DNA of 64,000 nt. Source: Spirochaetia bacterium. Its GTDB lineage: Bacteria > Spirochaetota > Spirochaetia > SZUA-6 > Bin103. The DNA lies in NCBI GenBank assembly GCA_965203055.1, contig OZ241863.1, forward strand, positions 2,080,001-2,144,000, given 5' to 3'. A program made the translations under genes and the position numbers. Shown piece after piece: positions 40,849 through 51,297 of the stretch (position 1 is its first letter; every line of letters begins with the position of its first letter). The notes beneath the pieces are model-generated. The model was not told the origin of the DNA. It searched no databases and was given only the letters and a program-made list of their open reading frames with translations.

Positions 40849-42177
40849 TCAGCCTGGCCGCGCGCCGTACGGCGCCGCCAAGCGGACGTCGTCTCCCGCG
40901 GCCGCCGCGCCGTCTTCCTGGCCGCCGGAGCCGCTGAACCAGTCCCTCAGCTCCGACCGGTCCTGCTCGGTGACGTCGGCGCCCTGCGCCTGCACCCGGT
41001 CCAGCGTGATGGTGAGCAGCGCGTCGCGAATCTGATCGGCGCTCGGCGCCGGCCGCGCGTCGAGGCGGGCGCCGCCGTACAGGGCGCCGCGCACCACGAA
41101 GCCGACCGCTTGCCGGCCGACGTGAATTCCCTCCTGCTTGAGATCATCCCTGGTCCAGGCCGTGCAATGCGTCAAGTTGAAGTCATAGGCGGCGGCGTAG
41201 CGCGCGAGCGCGGCGAAGGTCGCCTGCCAGGCCTGCGGGTTCAGTCGGGGCAAGTCGGTGACACGGCAGCAGCGCGCGACGAACGCCGGCATGCGGGTCA
41301 GCACGTCGTCGTCTTCGTCCTCGGGCTCCGCATGCTTGGCCATGTTCCACACGTGCAGTCCGTTGGTGCGCAGATCGGAGCTGGCCGCCATCGAACTGAT
41401 CAGGCCGCGCAACGAACCCAACCCGAACCATCTGCTGCGGTCGATCGCCTCATCCAGGCCGGTCGAGCGCAGCATGATGCCGAGCGAGGAGAGATAGGCA
41501 GGTCGGTCCTGCCGGTCGACGTAATCGTGGATCAGCCGCTGGACCCGCTCGCGGTGCCCCTGTTCCGACTCCCGGACGACCGCGGGGTCGGCCGCGGCTT
41601 CGGTCTCCGTTTCGGACGCCCGTTCCGCGCTCAGCAGACCGACCAGATCCTCCGCGTAGATCAGCAGGTCGGCGATGGTGTGATACGCTGGTGAGGTCTG
41701 GCCGGTGGAGATGATCACGGTGCGGCGGTCGTTGGCCCGCAACAGGCGGAGCAGCGGTGCGAAGTCCGCGTCGCTGGACGCCAGGATGAACTCGTCGTAG
41801 CGCGTGTTCGCGTCCTGGGCTTGCAGGGTATCGATGACGATTCTGATATCCGCCGCGTTCTTTTGCCCGGCGGTCAACACCGGGCAATCCACGACCTCGA
41901 AGCCGGCGCGGGTCAGGCGCGGGCGAAACGTCGACAGATACAAACGGCCGCTGTCGTTGCCCCAATCGCGGTCGGCCACCCATCCGGCGGGATTCAGATA
42001 GGCCCGCCGCACCAGCAGGTGCCGCCGGTCGCCGGGCGGCAGGTTCCAGGTGGCAAGCGCGTCGAGCCACCGGCCCGGTTCGTCCGCCAGGACGTAGGCC
42101 GCCTTGCGATCCAGTTGCAGCAAGCCGCTGAAGAAGTTGTCGAAGTCGAGGAACAGCGCGCTCTTGATGCGGTTCAT
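40849..42177 (-). CDS. NYN (LabA/DUF88, PIN-like) domain protein with C-terminal OST-HTH-like region
   Basis: ALFLDFDN, KNAADIRIVID, ILASSDADFAPLL; AAGGA RBS. Confidence 0.85.
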   Translation of the reverse strand: MNRIKSALFLDFDNFFSGLLQLDRKAAYVLADEPGRWLDALATWNLPPGDRRHLLVRRAYLNPAGWVADRDWGNDSGRLYLSTFRPRLTRAGFEVVDCPVLTAGQKNAADIRIVIDTLQAQDANTRYDEFILASSDADFAPLLRLLRANDRRTVIISTGQTSPAYHTIADLLIYAEDLVGLLSAERASETETEAAADPAVVRESEQGHRERVQRLIHDYVDRQDRPAYLSSLGIMLRSTGLDEAIDRSRWFGLGSLRGLISSMAASSDLRTNGLHVWNMAKHAEPEDEDDDVLTRMPAFVARCCRVTDLPRLNPQAWQATFAALARYAAAYDFNLTHCTAWTRDDLKQEGIHVGRQAVGFVVRGALYGGARLDARPAPSADQIRDALLTITLDRVQAQGADVTEQDRSELRDWFSGSGGQEDGAAAAGDDVRLAAPYGARPG

Positions 42178-42188
42178 TTCGGCGTTCC

Positions 42189-43256
42189 TTAGCTTAGCTG
42201 GCCGGCCGCCGGCACGGCCACCGGTTCCGCGCCGATGGCGGCGAGCGCGGCGCGCAGCGCGGCGATGGCAGCGGTGACGTCCGCGGCGGCTATCCCGGAG
42301 TGGGTCACCATCCGCAGGTCCGAGTTCCCGGGGTTGATCAGCACGCCGGCGCGGCGCAGCTCGGCGGCAATTTCGGCGCCGCGGCCCGCGGGCACGCCGA
42401 AGCGGACGATGTTGGTCTGGATCAGGTCGGGGTCCAGCTCGATGGCGGCGAACTGCGCCAAGCCGCGGGCCAGGGCGCGGGCGTTGGCGTGATCCTCGGC
42501 CAGACGCTCGATCATGGTGTCGAGCGCGACCAGCCCGGCCGCCGCCAGCACCCCCACCTGCCGCATGCCGGCGCCCAACAGCTTGCGCCAGCGGGCGGCC
42601 TCGGCGATGAACTCGCGGCTGCCGCACACCACGCTGCCGACCGGGCAGGAGAGCCCCTTCGAGAGGCAGAAGGTGACCGAATCGACCTCGGCCGCCAGCT
42701 CGGCCGCCGCCACCTCGAGCGCCACCGCAGCGTTGAACAGGCGCGCCCCGTCCAGGTGCACGGCCAGCCCGGCGGCGCGCGCGGGCGCGGCCATGGCCGC
42801 GGTCTGCGCCCGGTCCAAGGCCCGCCCCGAGCTGGCGTTGTGGGTGTTTTCGAGGCACAGCAGGCGGGTGCGCGGGCAGTGGTAGTCGTCCGGCTTGACC
42901 GCCGCGGCGATCAGCTCCGGCGCCAGCTCGCCGGCGTGGTTGGTGGCGATCGGATACAGCGCTACCCCGCCCAGCACCGACGCCCCGCCCGCCTCGTTGT
43001 GGAACACGTGGCACTGGTCGCCGACCAGCACCTCGTCGCCGCGCCGGGTGTGCGCCAGCACCGACACCAGGTTGCCCTGGGTACCGGAGGCGACGAACAA
43101 CCCCGCCTCCTTGCCCAGCAGCGCCGCGGCCCGCTCCTGCAGGCGATTGACCGTCGGATCGTCGCCGTAGACGTCGTCACCCAGCTCGGCGTTGTACATG
43201 GCACGGCGCATCCGCTCCGTCGGGAGTGTCACCGTATCGCTGCGCAGGTCGATCAT
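42189..43256 (-). CDS. ltaE: Low-specificity L-threonine aldolase
   Basis: [42 protein letters not shown] (PLP Lys). Confidence 0.95.
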   Translation of the reverse strand: MIDLRSDTVTLPTERMRRAMYNAELGDDVYGDDPTVNRLQERAAALLGKEAGLFVASGTQGNLVSVLAHTRRGDEVLVGDQCHVFHNEAGGASVLGGVALYPIATNHAGELAPELIAAAVKPDDYHCPRTRLLCLENTHNASSGRALDRAQTAAMAAPARAAGLAVHLDGARLFNAAVALEVAAAELAAEVDSVTFCLSKGLSCPVGSVVCGSREFIAEAARWRKLLGAGMRQVGVLAAAGLVALDTMIERLAEDHANARALARGLAQFAAIELDPDLIQTNIVRFGVPAGRGAEIAAELRRAGVLINPGNSDLRMVTHSGIAAADVTAAIAALRAALAAIGAEPVAVPAAGQLS

Positions 43257-43350
43257 CGGCCCGCATTGTGACGCCCGCGCCGCGGCTAGACAAGCCGCTT
43301 GCCAGGCAGGCGGGGCCGCGCCGGAGGACCGCCCGGCGCGGTCTTGCCGG

Positions 43351-43434
43351 CTGCGCAGCGCGGCCAGCAACCCCGCTTCCCGTTCCGGTACGGCGTAGGT
43401 CTTGGAAAGTCCCCGGACGTCGACCGCCGGGATT
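43351..43434 (-). pseudogene. Remnant N-terminus of an ABC-2-type ATP-binding protein
   Basis: [28 protein letters not shown] with no Walker A following. Confidence 0.45.
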
Positions 43435-43453
43435 GCGGGCGCGGGCTCCGGCC

Positions 43454-44725
43454 CTACAGGGCGGCGCGCAGCAATACTCGAATCTCCTGCACCAGCGCCT
43501 GATAGCGGGTCGCCCCCGGCGGCAGGCGGCTGGTCACCAGGCGGCGCCCGTTGACGAATATGGTGGGGGTGCCCTGCACGCCGCCGCGCACGCCTTCGTC
43601 GATGTCGCGCTCCAGGTGGCGCAGCGCGGCATCGCTCTGAATCGCGGCGGTAAATGCCTCCTGATCGGTGATCCCGGCCTCCTCGGCGTTGGCCAGAAGG
43701 CGTTGCGGCGCGTGGTTCTGAAAGTGCTCGTACAGCAGCAGGTGATAGTCCAGGAAGCGGTCCTGCCGATGGGCGGCGTAGGCCGCGGCGGCAGCCAGGC
43801 AGGAGCTGCTTTGCCGCTCCATGTAGCGGTTGCAGGTGGCGTCCAGGGGGAAGAACTTGAACACCACGCGCACGTCGCCGGCGAACTCCTCCGCCAGGCG
43901 CAGCGCCTCCGGGTCGAAGTCGCGGCAGTGGGAGCAGTTGTAATCCCCGAACACCACCACCTGCACGGGGGCGTCCGGCGGCCCTACCGCGGGCGAGTCG
44001 CCGGTGTCGAAGCTGACGGCGCTGCGGCTGAGGTAGCGGGACGCCGGCGCCGCGGAGCTGGCGGCTGCGGCGCCGGCGGCGCGGTCGGCAACTGCCAGGG
44101 CGTTGGCCTCGAAGCCCAACGCCGCGATTGCGGCCGGCACGGCGCCCGCGGCCAGGGCCAGCAGCGCCGCGCCGGCCGCCGGCCCCCAACCCCGCGCTTG
44201 CCGCCCGCCGGCGCCGCGCCCGGCCCGGCTCCGCCGCCAGCGCGCGGCCAGCACCACGAACAAGGCAATGGAGACCGCCTGCAACAACGCGCAGTAGAGG
44301 CACAGCGCGCGGATTTCCAGCGCTGCCACCGCGGCCAGGGCCAGCGCGGCCAGCACGGTCAGCCCGGCCAGTCCGGCGGCGAGGTCCAGGTTGACGGCGG
44401 CCAGGCGGCGCAGCGGGCGCAGCAGCGGCAGAGCCAGCAACACCGCCAGGGCGCCGTACACACCGATCGCCAACGCCGAGATCGGCACCCCGGCCACCGC
44501 CGCGTAGCGCGACTCGCTCACCCGGTCGCAATCCACGTAGGCCGAGATGGAGCAGCCGCTGACCTGGCCGGCCAGCAGGTGCAGGTAGTAGTTGTGGGTC
44601 AGCACTACGGCCAGCGCCAGCCCGGCGGCGACCAGCGCCAGCGCGGCCCACAACCACGGCCCGCCGCCGGCGCCGGCGGCGGGGGTGGAGCGTGCAGCGG
44701 AGCGATGACCGGAACGTTGCGCCAT
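43454..44725 (-). CDS. Vitamin K epoxide reductase (VKOR) fused to a DsbA/thioredoxin domain
   Basis: VKOR loop Cys pair [12 protein letters not shown] and CLYC; DsbA-like DYNCSHC and GTPT. Confidence 0.9.
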   Translation of the reverse strand: MAQRSGHRSAARSTPAAGAGGGPWLWAALALVAAGLALAVVLTHNYYLHLLAGQVSGCSISAYVDCDRVSESRYAAVAGVPISALAIGVYGALAVLLALPLLRPLRRLAAVNLDLAAGLAGLTVLAALALAAVAALEIRALCLYCALLQAVSIALFVVLAARWRRSRAGRGAGGRQARGWGPAAGAALLALAAGAVPAAIAALGFEANALAVADRAAGAAAASSAAPASRYLSRSAVSFDTGDSPAVGPPDAPVQVVVFGDYNCSHCRDFDPEALRLAEEFAGDVRVVFKFFPLDATCNRYMERQSSSCLAAAAAYAAHRQDRFLDYHLLLYEHFQNHAPQRLLANAEEAGITDQEAFTAAIQSDAALRHLERDIDEGVRGGVQGTPTIFVNGRRLVTSRLPPGATRYQALVQEIRVLLRAAL

Positions 44726-44830
44726 GTCCCGGACAAAGTCGCAGCCTGACGAATCTCCGTCAAGGGCGCGGCGCGAGAATCGCCGTCCGCGAGGCGCTCC
44801 CGGCGCTCCCGCCCGCCGCCGGCGGGCCGC

Positions 44831-44858
44831 TTGACGGGCGCCCGCACAACGCTACCAT
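44831..44858 (+). promoter_or_regulatory. Sigma70-type promoter for the selenoprotein gene
   Basis: TTGACG-16 nt-TACCAT. Confidence 0.45.
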
Positions 44859-44912
44859 AGGCGCCGGCGCCCGCCGCCCGGCGGCGCCCCAAGACACTCT
44901 CGGGGGAGACTC

Positions 44913-46556
44913 GTGGCGCAACACGTAAAGGTTTATCATCCAAAGGGTTACCCTCCCAAGATCAAGGCCGTGGGAATGGCGCCGCGGCCGCCCGCGTTGA
45001 ACGGGAAAACGGTCTACCTGGTAGACTGCCGGTTCGACGACGCCGACCTCCTGATGGCGCAGATGCGCGACTGGTTCGCCGAGCACCTGCCGGCGGTACG
45101 CACCGTGCTGCGCAGCAAGGCGGGGGTGTACACCGACCGCGACCCGGAGCTGTACGACGAGATCCGCGCGCAGGGGGACGCCGCCATCGTCGGCGTGGGC
45201 CATTGAAGCACCTGCGCGCCGGCGGTCGCCGGCCAATGCTTCATCCTCGAAACCGAGTACGGCGTCCCTACCGCCTGCCTGCAGACCCACGTGTTCGAGC
45301 ACTTGGCGCGCGCCTCCTGCCGGCAGCAGGGCATGCCGCGGCAGCGCTTCGCCTTCGTGCGCCAACCGGTGATGGGCAAGTCGCCGGCCGAGTTGCGCGC
45401 CTACGTGGACGGCGCGGACGTGATCACCGGCCGCCCGCTCATGACCGAGGTGATCGGGGCGCTCACCGATCCGGTGTCCGCCGAGGACGCGGCGCAGGTC
45501 AGCTTCGACCGCGCCACCCCGCGCTTCGTGGAGCCCGCCGGCGAAGCGAGCCTGCAGCGGCTGTTTCGGGAGCAGGGCTGGACCGATCAGCTCCCGATCG
45601 TCCTGCCCACCGAGGAGCGCGTGGCGGCGATGCTGGCCGGCACCAGTCAGCCGGCCGAGCGGGTGGTGGGGCGCATGCGCCCTACCGCGCCCCGCGAAGC
45701 GTGGGAATACACCGTGGAGAAGGTCGCGGTGAACGCCGTCATGGCGGGGGCGGAGCCGGCCTATTTCCCGGTGATCCTGGCGCTGGCGGCGAGCGAGGTG
45801 TCGGCGCGCCACAGCACCACCAGCTCGGCGGCCGGCATGGCGATGGTGAACGGTCCGATCCGCGACGAGATCGGCATGAACTGCGGCATCGGCGCGCTCG
45901 GCCCCTACAATCATGCCAACGCCACGATCGGGCGCGCCTACGGCCTGCTGTCGCAGAACCTGCAGGGCGGGTCCGAACCGCAGGTGACCTATCTCGGCTC
46001 GCAGGGCAACGGCTACGCCTACGGCAGCCTGACCTTCGCCGAGAACGAGGCGGCCAGTCCGTGGGAGCCGTTCCACGTCCAGCACGGCTTCGCGCCGGAG
46101 GCGAGCGCGGTGAGCCTGTTCGCCGGCAATCGCTCCACCTCGTTCCACCTCGGGCTGCGGCAGCGGTATTGGCGCACCCACGTGCGCAATCTGCTGCGCG
46201 GGATGAATCCGCACAGCCCGCCTACCTTTCTGCTGGACCCGATCGCGGCGCGGCTGTTCGTCGACCGCGGCGGCTTCGATACCAAGGAGAAACTGATCAA
46301 TTGGATCTACGACAACGCGCGGATGGAAGCGCAGGTGTACTGGGACTACCAGCTCGTCCAGAACTACGTGTATCCGCGCGCGCTGCAGGGCGAGGAACCC
46401 TATGCCACCTGGTTGGCCGCGGCGGACGACGAACTGATTCCGATCTTTCCGCGCGGCCACATTCACGTGCTGGTGGTTGGCGGCGAAACCAACGGGTACT
46501 GGCGCATCATGGGCAACAGCTATCAGAAGACGGTATCGATCGATGAGTGGCGCTGA
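44913..46556 (+). CDS. UGSC-family (seleno)protein, 547 aa, Sec at TGA 45204-45206
   Basis: ORFs 44913-45206 and 45291-46556 share a frame; read-through gives AIVGVGH-U-STCAPAVAG...LETEYGVPT; SECIS-like hairpin follows. Confidence 0.82.
45204..45243 (+). promoter_or_regulatory. Bacterial SECIS-like element
   Basis: UGA, 11 nt, GCCGGC-GGUC-GCCGGC (45218-45233); lower stem UGAAGCA (45204-45210) pairs with UGCUUCA (45237-45243). Confidence 0.75.
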
Positions 46557-46560
46557 GCGA

Positions 46561-46773
46561 ATGGACGAGAACGTCAACACCAGGGTGCGCGACTGCGTCG
46601 CCCACCTGGAGCAGGCGGCCAAGGATCCCGACCTGATCGTCGATCAACACCTGCTGGATCGGTTGGAAGCGCTGCTCCACTCCTTTGCCAGGCTGCGCCG
46701 CCAGGGTCCGCAACGGCTGCGCCAGGCCCGGTCCGCCCGCACCCGCCGCCGCCCCAGACGCGACGCGAGTTGA
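46561..46773 (+). CDS. Small hypothetical protein
   Basis: 70-aa ORF filling the gap between two same-strand genes. Confidence 0.45.
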   Translation: MDENVNTRVRDCVAHLEQAAKDPDLIVDQHLLDRLEALLHSFARLRRQGPQRLRQARSARTRRRPRRDAS

Positions 46774-46783
46774 CTGAAGGCGC

Positions 46784-48235
46784 GTGAACTTCGCGTGGGC
46801 GCTGTTCATCGACCTGGGGATCATTGCCGCGGCGCTGTGCGCCGCCACGCTGATTCGCGCCCGGGTCCGCTTCTTCCAGGCCTACCTGATCCCCAACGCC
46901 ATCATCGCCGGACTCCTGCTGCTGCCGTTCTACCACTGGCTCGCGCCGCACCTCGGTCTGGGCCGGCAGGGTCTGGAGAACCTCGTGTTCCACCTGCTCA
47001 ACGTCACCTTCATCGCCATCGCCCTGCGCCCCACCCCGCGCCGCCGCCGCCAGTCGCTGGCGGTGCTCGGCACCGCCGCCGTCATCATTTCCCAGTTCAC
47101 GCTGCAGGGCCTGCTCGGCTACGCCGTTACCTTCCTGTTCATCGGGCTGCCGCTGCTGCCGGCGCTGTTTCCGAGCTACGGCTTCCTGGCCGCCCTGGGC
47201 TACACGCTGGGCCCCGGCCAGGCGTTCTCCATCGGTCTGAGCTGGGAAGAGCAGGGATTCGCCGGGGCCGGGGGGCTCGGCCTGATCTTCGGGGCGATCG
47301 GCTTTCTGGTCGCCTGCTTCGGCGGCGTATGGCTGATCAATCTTGGGCTGCGGCGCGGGTACGTCGATCTGAGTCCCGACCAGATCCGCGCGCGCCGCTC
47401 CCGCAGCGGGCTGCTGGCGGCGCAGGACGAGCACCCGACGGGGCTGCGGCTGACGACCCGCAGCGAGGCGATCGACACCCTGTCACTGATGCTCGCCGCG
47501 GTGTTCGGCGTGTACCTGGCGACCTATCTGCTGCTGCGCGCGCTCACCGGGTTGCTGCTGCCGCTGGGCGGCGCCGCGGCGCAGGTCGGGGAAAGCCTGT
47601 GGGGCATCACCTTCGTGTTCGGGCTGCTGGTGGCGCTGGCGTTGAAGGCGGCGCTGCGCGCGGCCGGGCGCGGCTATCTGCTGGAGCCGCGCGGCCTGAC
47701 CCGCATCAGCGGCAGCGCGGTCGACTTCATGGTGGCCGCGGCCCTGGGCGCCATCCCGCTGGCCCTGGTGCGCGCCAACTGGCTGCCGATCGTGGTGTTC
47801 GCCGCGCTGCTGGCCGGCGCCGCGGCGCTCACCATCCTGTGGCTCGGGTCGCGGCTGTTCGCGCACGACCACGCGTTCGAACGCGTGGTGCTGTTCTGGG
47901 GGACCCTCACCGGCACCCTGAGCACCGGTCTGGCGCTGCTGCGCGCCCTCGACCCGGAGTTCAAGACGCCGGCGGCGGCGGATTACCTGTATGCCTCCGC
48001 GGTGACGTTCGTGCTGGTGCTGCCGCTGATCCTGATCATGGGGTTCCCCGCCCTGGCGTACGCTACCGGCGCCCCCAACCTGTACCTCGTCACGCTGGCG
48101 GTGCTGCTGTGCTACTGCGCGCTGGTGGCCGCCGGATTCCTGCTGCTGGCGCGCCGTTCCGGGTTGCGCGGCTCCGGCGCCTTTACCCGCCTGTGGTTCA
48201 CCCCGCCGGCCCCCGGAGATAACGCAAAGTCCTGA
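46784..48235 (+). CDS. Sodium:glutamate symporter (GltS/ESS) family protein
   Basis: FQAYLIPNAIIAG, GYTLGPGQA, GTLTGTLSTGLALLRALDP; many TM helices. Confidence 0.82.
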   Translation: MNFAWALFIDLGIIAAALCAATLIRARVRFFQAYLIPNAIIAGLLLLPFYHWLAPHLGLGRQGLENLVFHLLNVTFIAIALRPTPRRRRQSLAVLGTAAVIISQFTLQGLLGYAVTFLFIGLPLLPALFPSYGFLAALGYTLGPGQAFSIGLSWEEQGFAGAGGLGLIFGAIGFLVACFGGVWLINLGLRRGYVDLSPDQIRARRSRSGLLAAQDEHPTGLRLTTRSEAIDTLSLMLAAVFGVYLATYLLLRALTGLLLPLGGAAAQVGESLWGITFVFGLLVALALKAALRAAGRGYLLEPRGLTRISGSAVDFMVAAALGAIPLALVRANWLPIVVFAALLAGAAALTILWLGSRLFAHDHAFERVVLFWGTLTGTLSTGLALLRALDPEFKTPAAADYLYASAVTFVLVLPLILIMGFPALAYATGAPNLYLVTLAVLLCYCALVAAGFLLLARRSGLRGSGAFTRLWFTPPAPGDNAKS

Positions 48236-48353
48236 CGGCGGCGCGGCGCCTGGGCGCCGGCTGGAGTCCCCGCTGCGCTGCCTGCTGCTGCCTCGCCTGC
48301 CAGCCGGCGCCGCTCGGCTGGCGCGGCGGAACGCCGCGGCGTATGCTGGCGGC

Positions 48354-49403
48354 ATGTCATCCGGATCATCCAAATCATCCAAAATACGGGTCGGCGTGGT
48401 GGGCGCCGGCGCCAACACCGTGAGCCGGCACCTGCCGGGACTGCTGCAGCAGCCGGAGGTGGTGATCGCCAGCGTCTGCAACCGCAGCCGCGAGTCGTCC
48501 GAGCGCGTGGCGCGCCAGTTCGAGATCGGCGCGGTATACGACACCTGGCCGGAGCTGGTGGCCGCGGACGACAGCGACGCCATCGTCATCGGCACCTGGC
48601 CCTATCTGCACTGCCCGATCACGCTGGCGGCGCTCGCCGCGGGCAAGCACGTGTTGTGCGAGGCGCGCATGGCGATGAACGCCGGCGAGGCGCGCGCCAT
48701 GCTGGCGGCCAGCCGCAAGTGTCCCGACCTGGTCACGCAGGTGGTGCCTGCCCCGCACACCCTGGGGGAGGACCGCACCATTCGGCGCTACCTCGCCGGC
48801 GGCCGCCTCGGCGACCTGCTGGCGGTGGAGCTGGTCGACAGCGCCGGCACGTTCCGCAGCGAAGGGCCGCTGCACTGGCGCCACGACCGCGAGCTGAGCG
48901 GACTCAACGTGATGGCCCTCGGCATCTGGTACGAGGCGCTGATGCGCTGGGCCGGCCCCGCCACCCGGGTGGCCGCGTTCGCCCGCACCTTCGTGCCGGT
49001 GCGCCCCGCCGAGGAGGGGATGCTGCGGGCGGTGCCGATCCCGGACCACGTGGACGTGCTGGGCGACCTGGCCTGCGGCGCCCAGCTCCGCCTGCAGGTG
49101 TCGCAGGTCACCGGCCTGCGGCCCGGCGGCGCCTGGCTGTGCGGCAGCGAAGGGACCCTGCACCGCGACGCGGCCGGCGGCCTGCACTACGCCGGGCGCG
49201 GCGACCGCGGCCTCGCCCCGGTCACCATCGAGCCGGGGGACGCCGGCGCGTGGCGCGTGGAAGAGGAGTTCGTCAACGCCATCCGCGGCCGCGAGCAGGT
49301 GACCCATACCCGCTTCGCCGACGGCGTGCAGTACATGGAGTTCACCGCCGCAGTCCACCGCAGCCTGGCCGAGGGCCGGACGGTGGCCGTCGCGGGCTTG
49401 TAG
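48354..49403 (+). CDS. Gfo/Idh/MocA family oxidoreductase
   Basis: RVGVVGAG, IGTWPYLH, AGKHVLCEARMA. Confidence 0.92.
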   Translation: MSSGSSKSSKIRVGVVGAGANTVSRHLPGLLQQPEVVIASVCNRSRESSERVARQFEIGAVYDTWPELVAADDSDAIVIGTWPYLHCPITLAALAAGKHVLCEARMAMNAGEARAMLAASRKCPDLVTQVVPAPHTLGEDRTIRRYLAGGRLGDLLAVELVDSAGTFRSEGPLHWRHDRELSGLNVMALGIWYEALMRWAGPATRVAAFARTFVPVRPAEEGMLRAVPIPDHVDVLGDLACGAQLRLQVSQVTGLRPGGAWLCGSEGTLHRDAAGGLHYAGRGDRGLAPVTIEPGDAGAWRVEEEFVNAIRGREQVTHTRFADGVQYMEFTAAVHRSLAEGRTVAVAGL

Positions 49404-49423
49404 CGCGAACGTGCGCCGCGGCG

Positions 49424-51226
49424 CTACACCGCGGTGACCGGCGCCTCCGCCCGCTCCATCTTGCGCAGCTTGGCGAACTTCTCCCAGAACTTCTTCTGGT
49501 CCGCCGGCTTTATCAGCTTGGTCGGAAACCAGCGCGCCCAGCTCAGGGCGTCGGCCAGGTGGGACAGCGCCTGCGCGCTGCCGATGCGGCGTAGCTGCTC
49601 GCCGGCGAACGCCGCCACGTAGGGCTCGGAGGCGGTCACCGCCCGCCCCAGGGCCGCGGTGGCGGCGTCGCTGCGGGCGTCGACCCGAATCAGCGCCTGC
49701 ACCGCGACGTTCTGCAACTGGCTGCGGCTGATGCCGGGTTCGAACAGGCCGTCCGCGCCGGTTTCGGCGTCCAGTACCGGCAGCAGGGCGTCGATGATCG
49801 GCTGCCGCGGCTCGCCGATCAGTCCCAGCGCCGAAATGACGTGGAACCGCACCGCCGGCGCCGCGTCGTCGAGCGCCGCCACCAGCGCCGGCACCGCGCC
49901 GGCGGCGCGCGCTCCCAGCTCGCCGAGCCCGTAGGCGGCGCTGGCGCGCACGTGTTCCTGATCGGCGCGCAGGGCGTCGACCAGCGCCGGAACCGCGGGT
50001 TCCCCGGCCAGGGCCAGCGCCTCCGCCGCGTGATTGAGGTTGAGCACCGGGTTGGGCGCGAAGTAATCGGCGCCCTCGGCCAGCAGCGGCCGCAGGTGCG
50101 GGACCGCGGCCGCGCCGGCGGCGCCCAGAGCGTAGAGCGCATTCAGCCGTACCGGCTCGCAGCGGTCGCGCAGCGCCGCGCCCAGGGCTTCGGCCACCTC
50201 GTCCGCGGCGGCGCGGCCCTGCGCGGCGGCGAAGCCGAGCTCGCTGGCCGCGCGGGTACGCTCGGCGTCGCCGCCGGAGCGCAGTTGCGCGAGCAGCTCG
50301 GCCGGCGCGGGCCCGCCGCCGCGGCCGGCGCGCGCGAAGCGGTCGCGGTTGCCGCGCAACCAGTTCCAGATCGCGGTCCAGACGATTTCGTTGTCGGGAA
50401 CGTCCGGCGGCAGCTCCGGGTTCTGCCAGTGGACGGCGGTGGAGTTCCAGCTCGGACCGGTCGGGTCGGCGGTGCGCATGAACACGAATTTGTGTCCGTA
50501 GCGCATGCGCTGCAGCAGGTTGGCGAGCACCGAATGGCCGACGTCGAAGTGCATGATCGACACCGTGCCGCGCGGGCAGGCCAGCGGCAGCAGGGTGCGG
50601 TGGACGTAGCTCTCCGGCAGCAGCAGCGAGCCGTCGGCGGCCGGCTGCGGGTGCGGAATCTGCGTCTCGAAGGAGGGGTGCTGGAGGTCGGGATCATGGG
50701 TCAGCAGGTTGTGATACTGGGAGCGCGGGATCATCGCGGTGGGGCCCTGCTCCTGGGGACAGTCCTGCGGGTAGTAGAACAGGATGGCCCAGCGCGGCAC
50801 CCGGTGGCGCGGCTTGGCGCCGTTGGCATGGCCGTCCTTGTGCGGCACCATGGTCAGGCGCGCTTCGCCCGCGGGCGGCGTCCCGTTGCCCTGCTCCTGC
50901 TCGGGTGCGGCCGGATAGTTGGGGTGGCAGTGACGGTGCGGGTGCAGCAGGTAGCCGGGGCCGAGGATGCTGGTGAGCGCGCCGGTCACCTCCGGCGCCT
51001 CCAGCACCTGGCGCAGTTCCGGAATCATCGGCACGATGTTGTTCTGCGGATTGCGGCCAAACTCCGACTTGCGGTCGCGGGCGTCCTGAAACACGCTCTC
51101 GGAGCGGTCGAAGATCGCCTCATGGACGGCCGCGGGCAGGTGGGTCCGCACCTGCACGTAGCCATCGACGATGAAGCCGCGGAGCTGCGCGTCGGTCAAC
51201 AGATGGGAGCGGTCCAATGTACTCAT
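49424..51226 (-). CDS. PhyH-like dioxygenase domain fused to HEAT repeats
   Basis: FIVDGY, PHKDG (HxD), HFDVGH; VRLNALYALG, VRASAAYGLGELG, VRFHVISALG repeats. Confidence 0.85.
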   Translation of the reverse strand: MSTLDRSHLLTDAQLRGFIVDGYVQVRTHLPAAVHEAIFDRSESVFQDARDRKSEFGRNPQNNIVPMIPELRQVLEAPEVTGALTSILGPGYLLHPHRHCHPNYPAAPEQEQGNGTPPAGEARLTMVPHKDGHANGAKPRHRVPRWAILFYYPQDCPQEQGPTAMIPRSQYHNLLTHDPDLQHPSFETQIPHPQPAADGSLLLPESYVHRTLLPLACPRGTVSIMHFDVGHSVLANLLQRMRYGHKFVFMRTADPTGPSWNSTAVHWQNPELPPDVPDNEIVWTAIWNWLRGNRDRFARAGRGGGPAPAELLAQLRSGGDAERTRAASELGFAAAQGRAAADEVAEALGAALRDRCEPVRLNALYALGAAGAAAVPHLRPLLAEGADYFAPNPVLNLNHAAEALALAGEPAVPALVDALRADQEHVRASAAYGLGELGARAAGAVPALVAALDDAAPAVRFHVISALGLIGEPRQPIIDALLPVLDAETGADGLFEPGISRSQLQNVAVQALIRVDARSDAATAALGRAVTASEPYVAAFAGEQLRRIGSAQALSHLADALSWARWFPTKLIKPADQKKFWEKFAKLRKMERAEAPVTAV

Positions 51227-51297
51227 GACGTGCCGTAATCATAGCAGACCGCGGGCGGTCGCGGCGACCCGCCGTTTCCCGGCATGATAGGGGCGTC

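Noticed and set aside
40849..44657. Long ORF-track entries (721 aa and 822 aa) suggesting fusion proteins
   Set aside because: N-terminal parts are GC-rich shadow frames overlapping ltaE and VKOR; real starts are 42177 and 43256
45204..45206. Genome-wide UGA reassignment (code 4 or 25) as the explanation for the in-frame TGA
   Set aside because: Many conserved genes here (glnA, ligC, fucD, permeases) end properly at TGA
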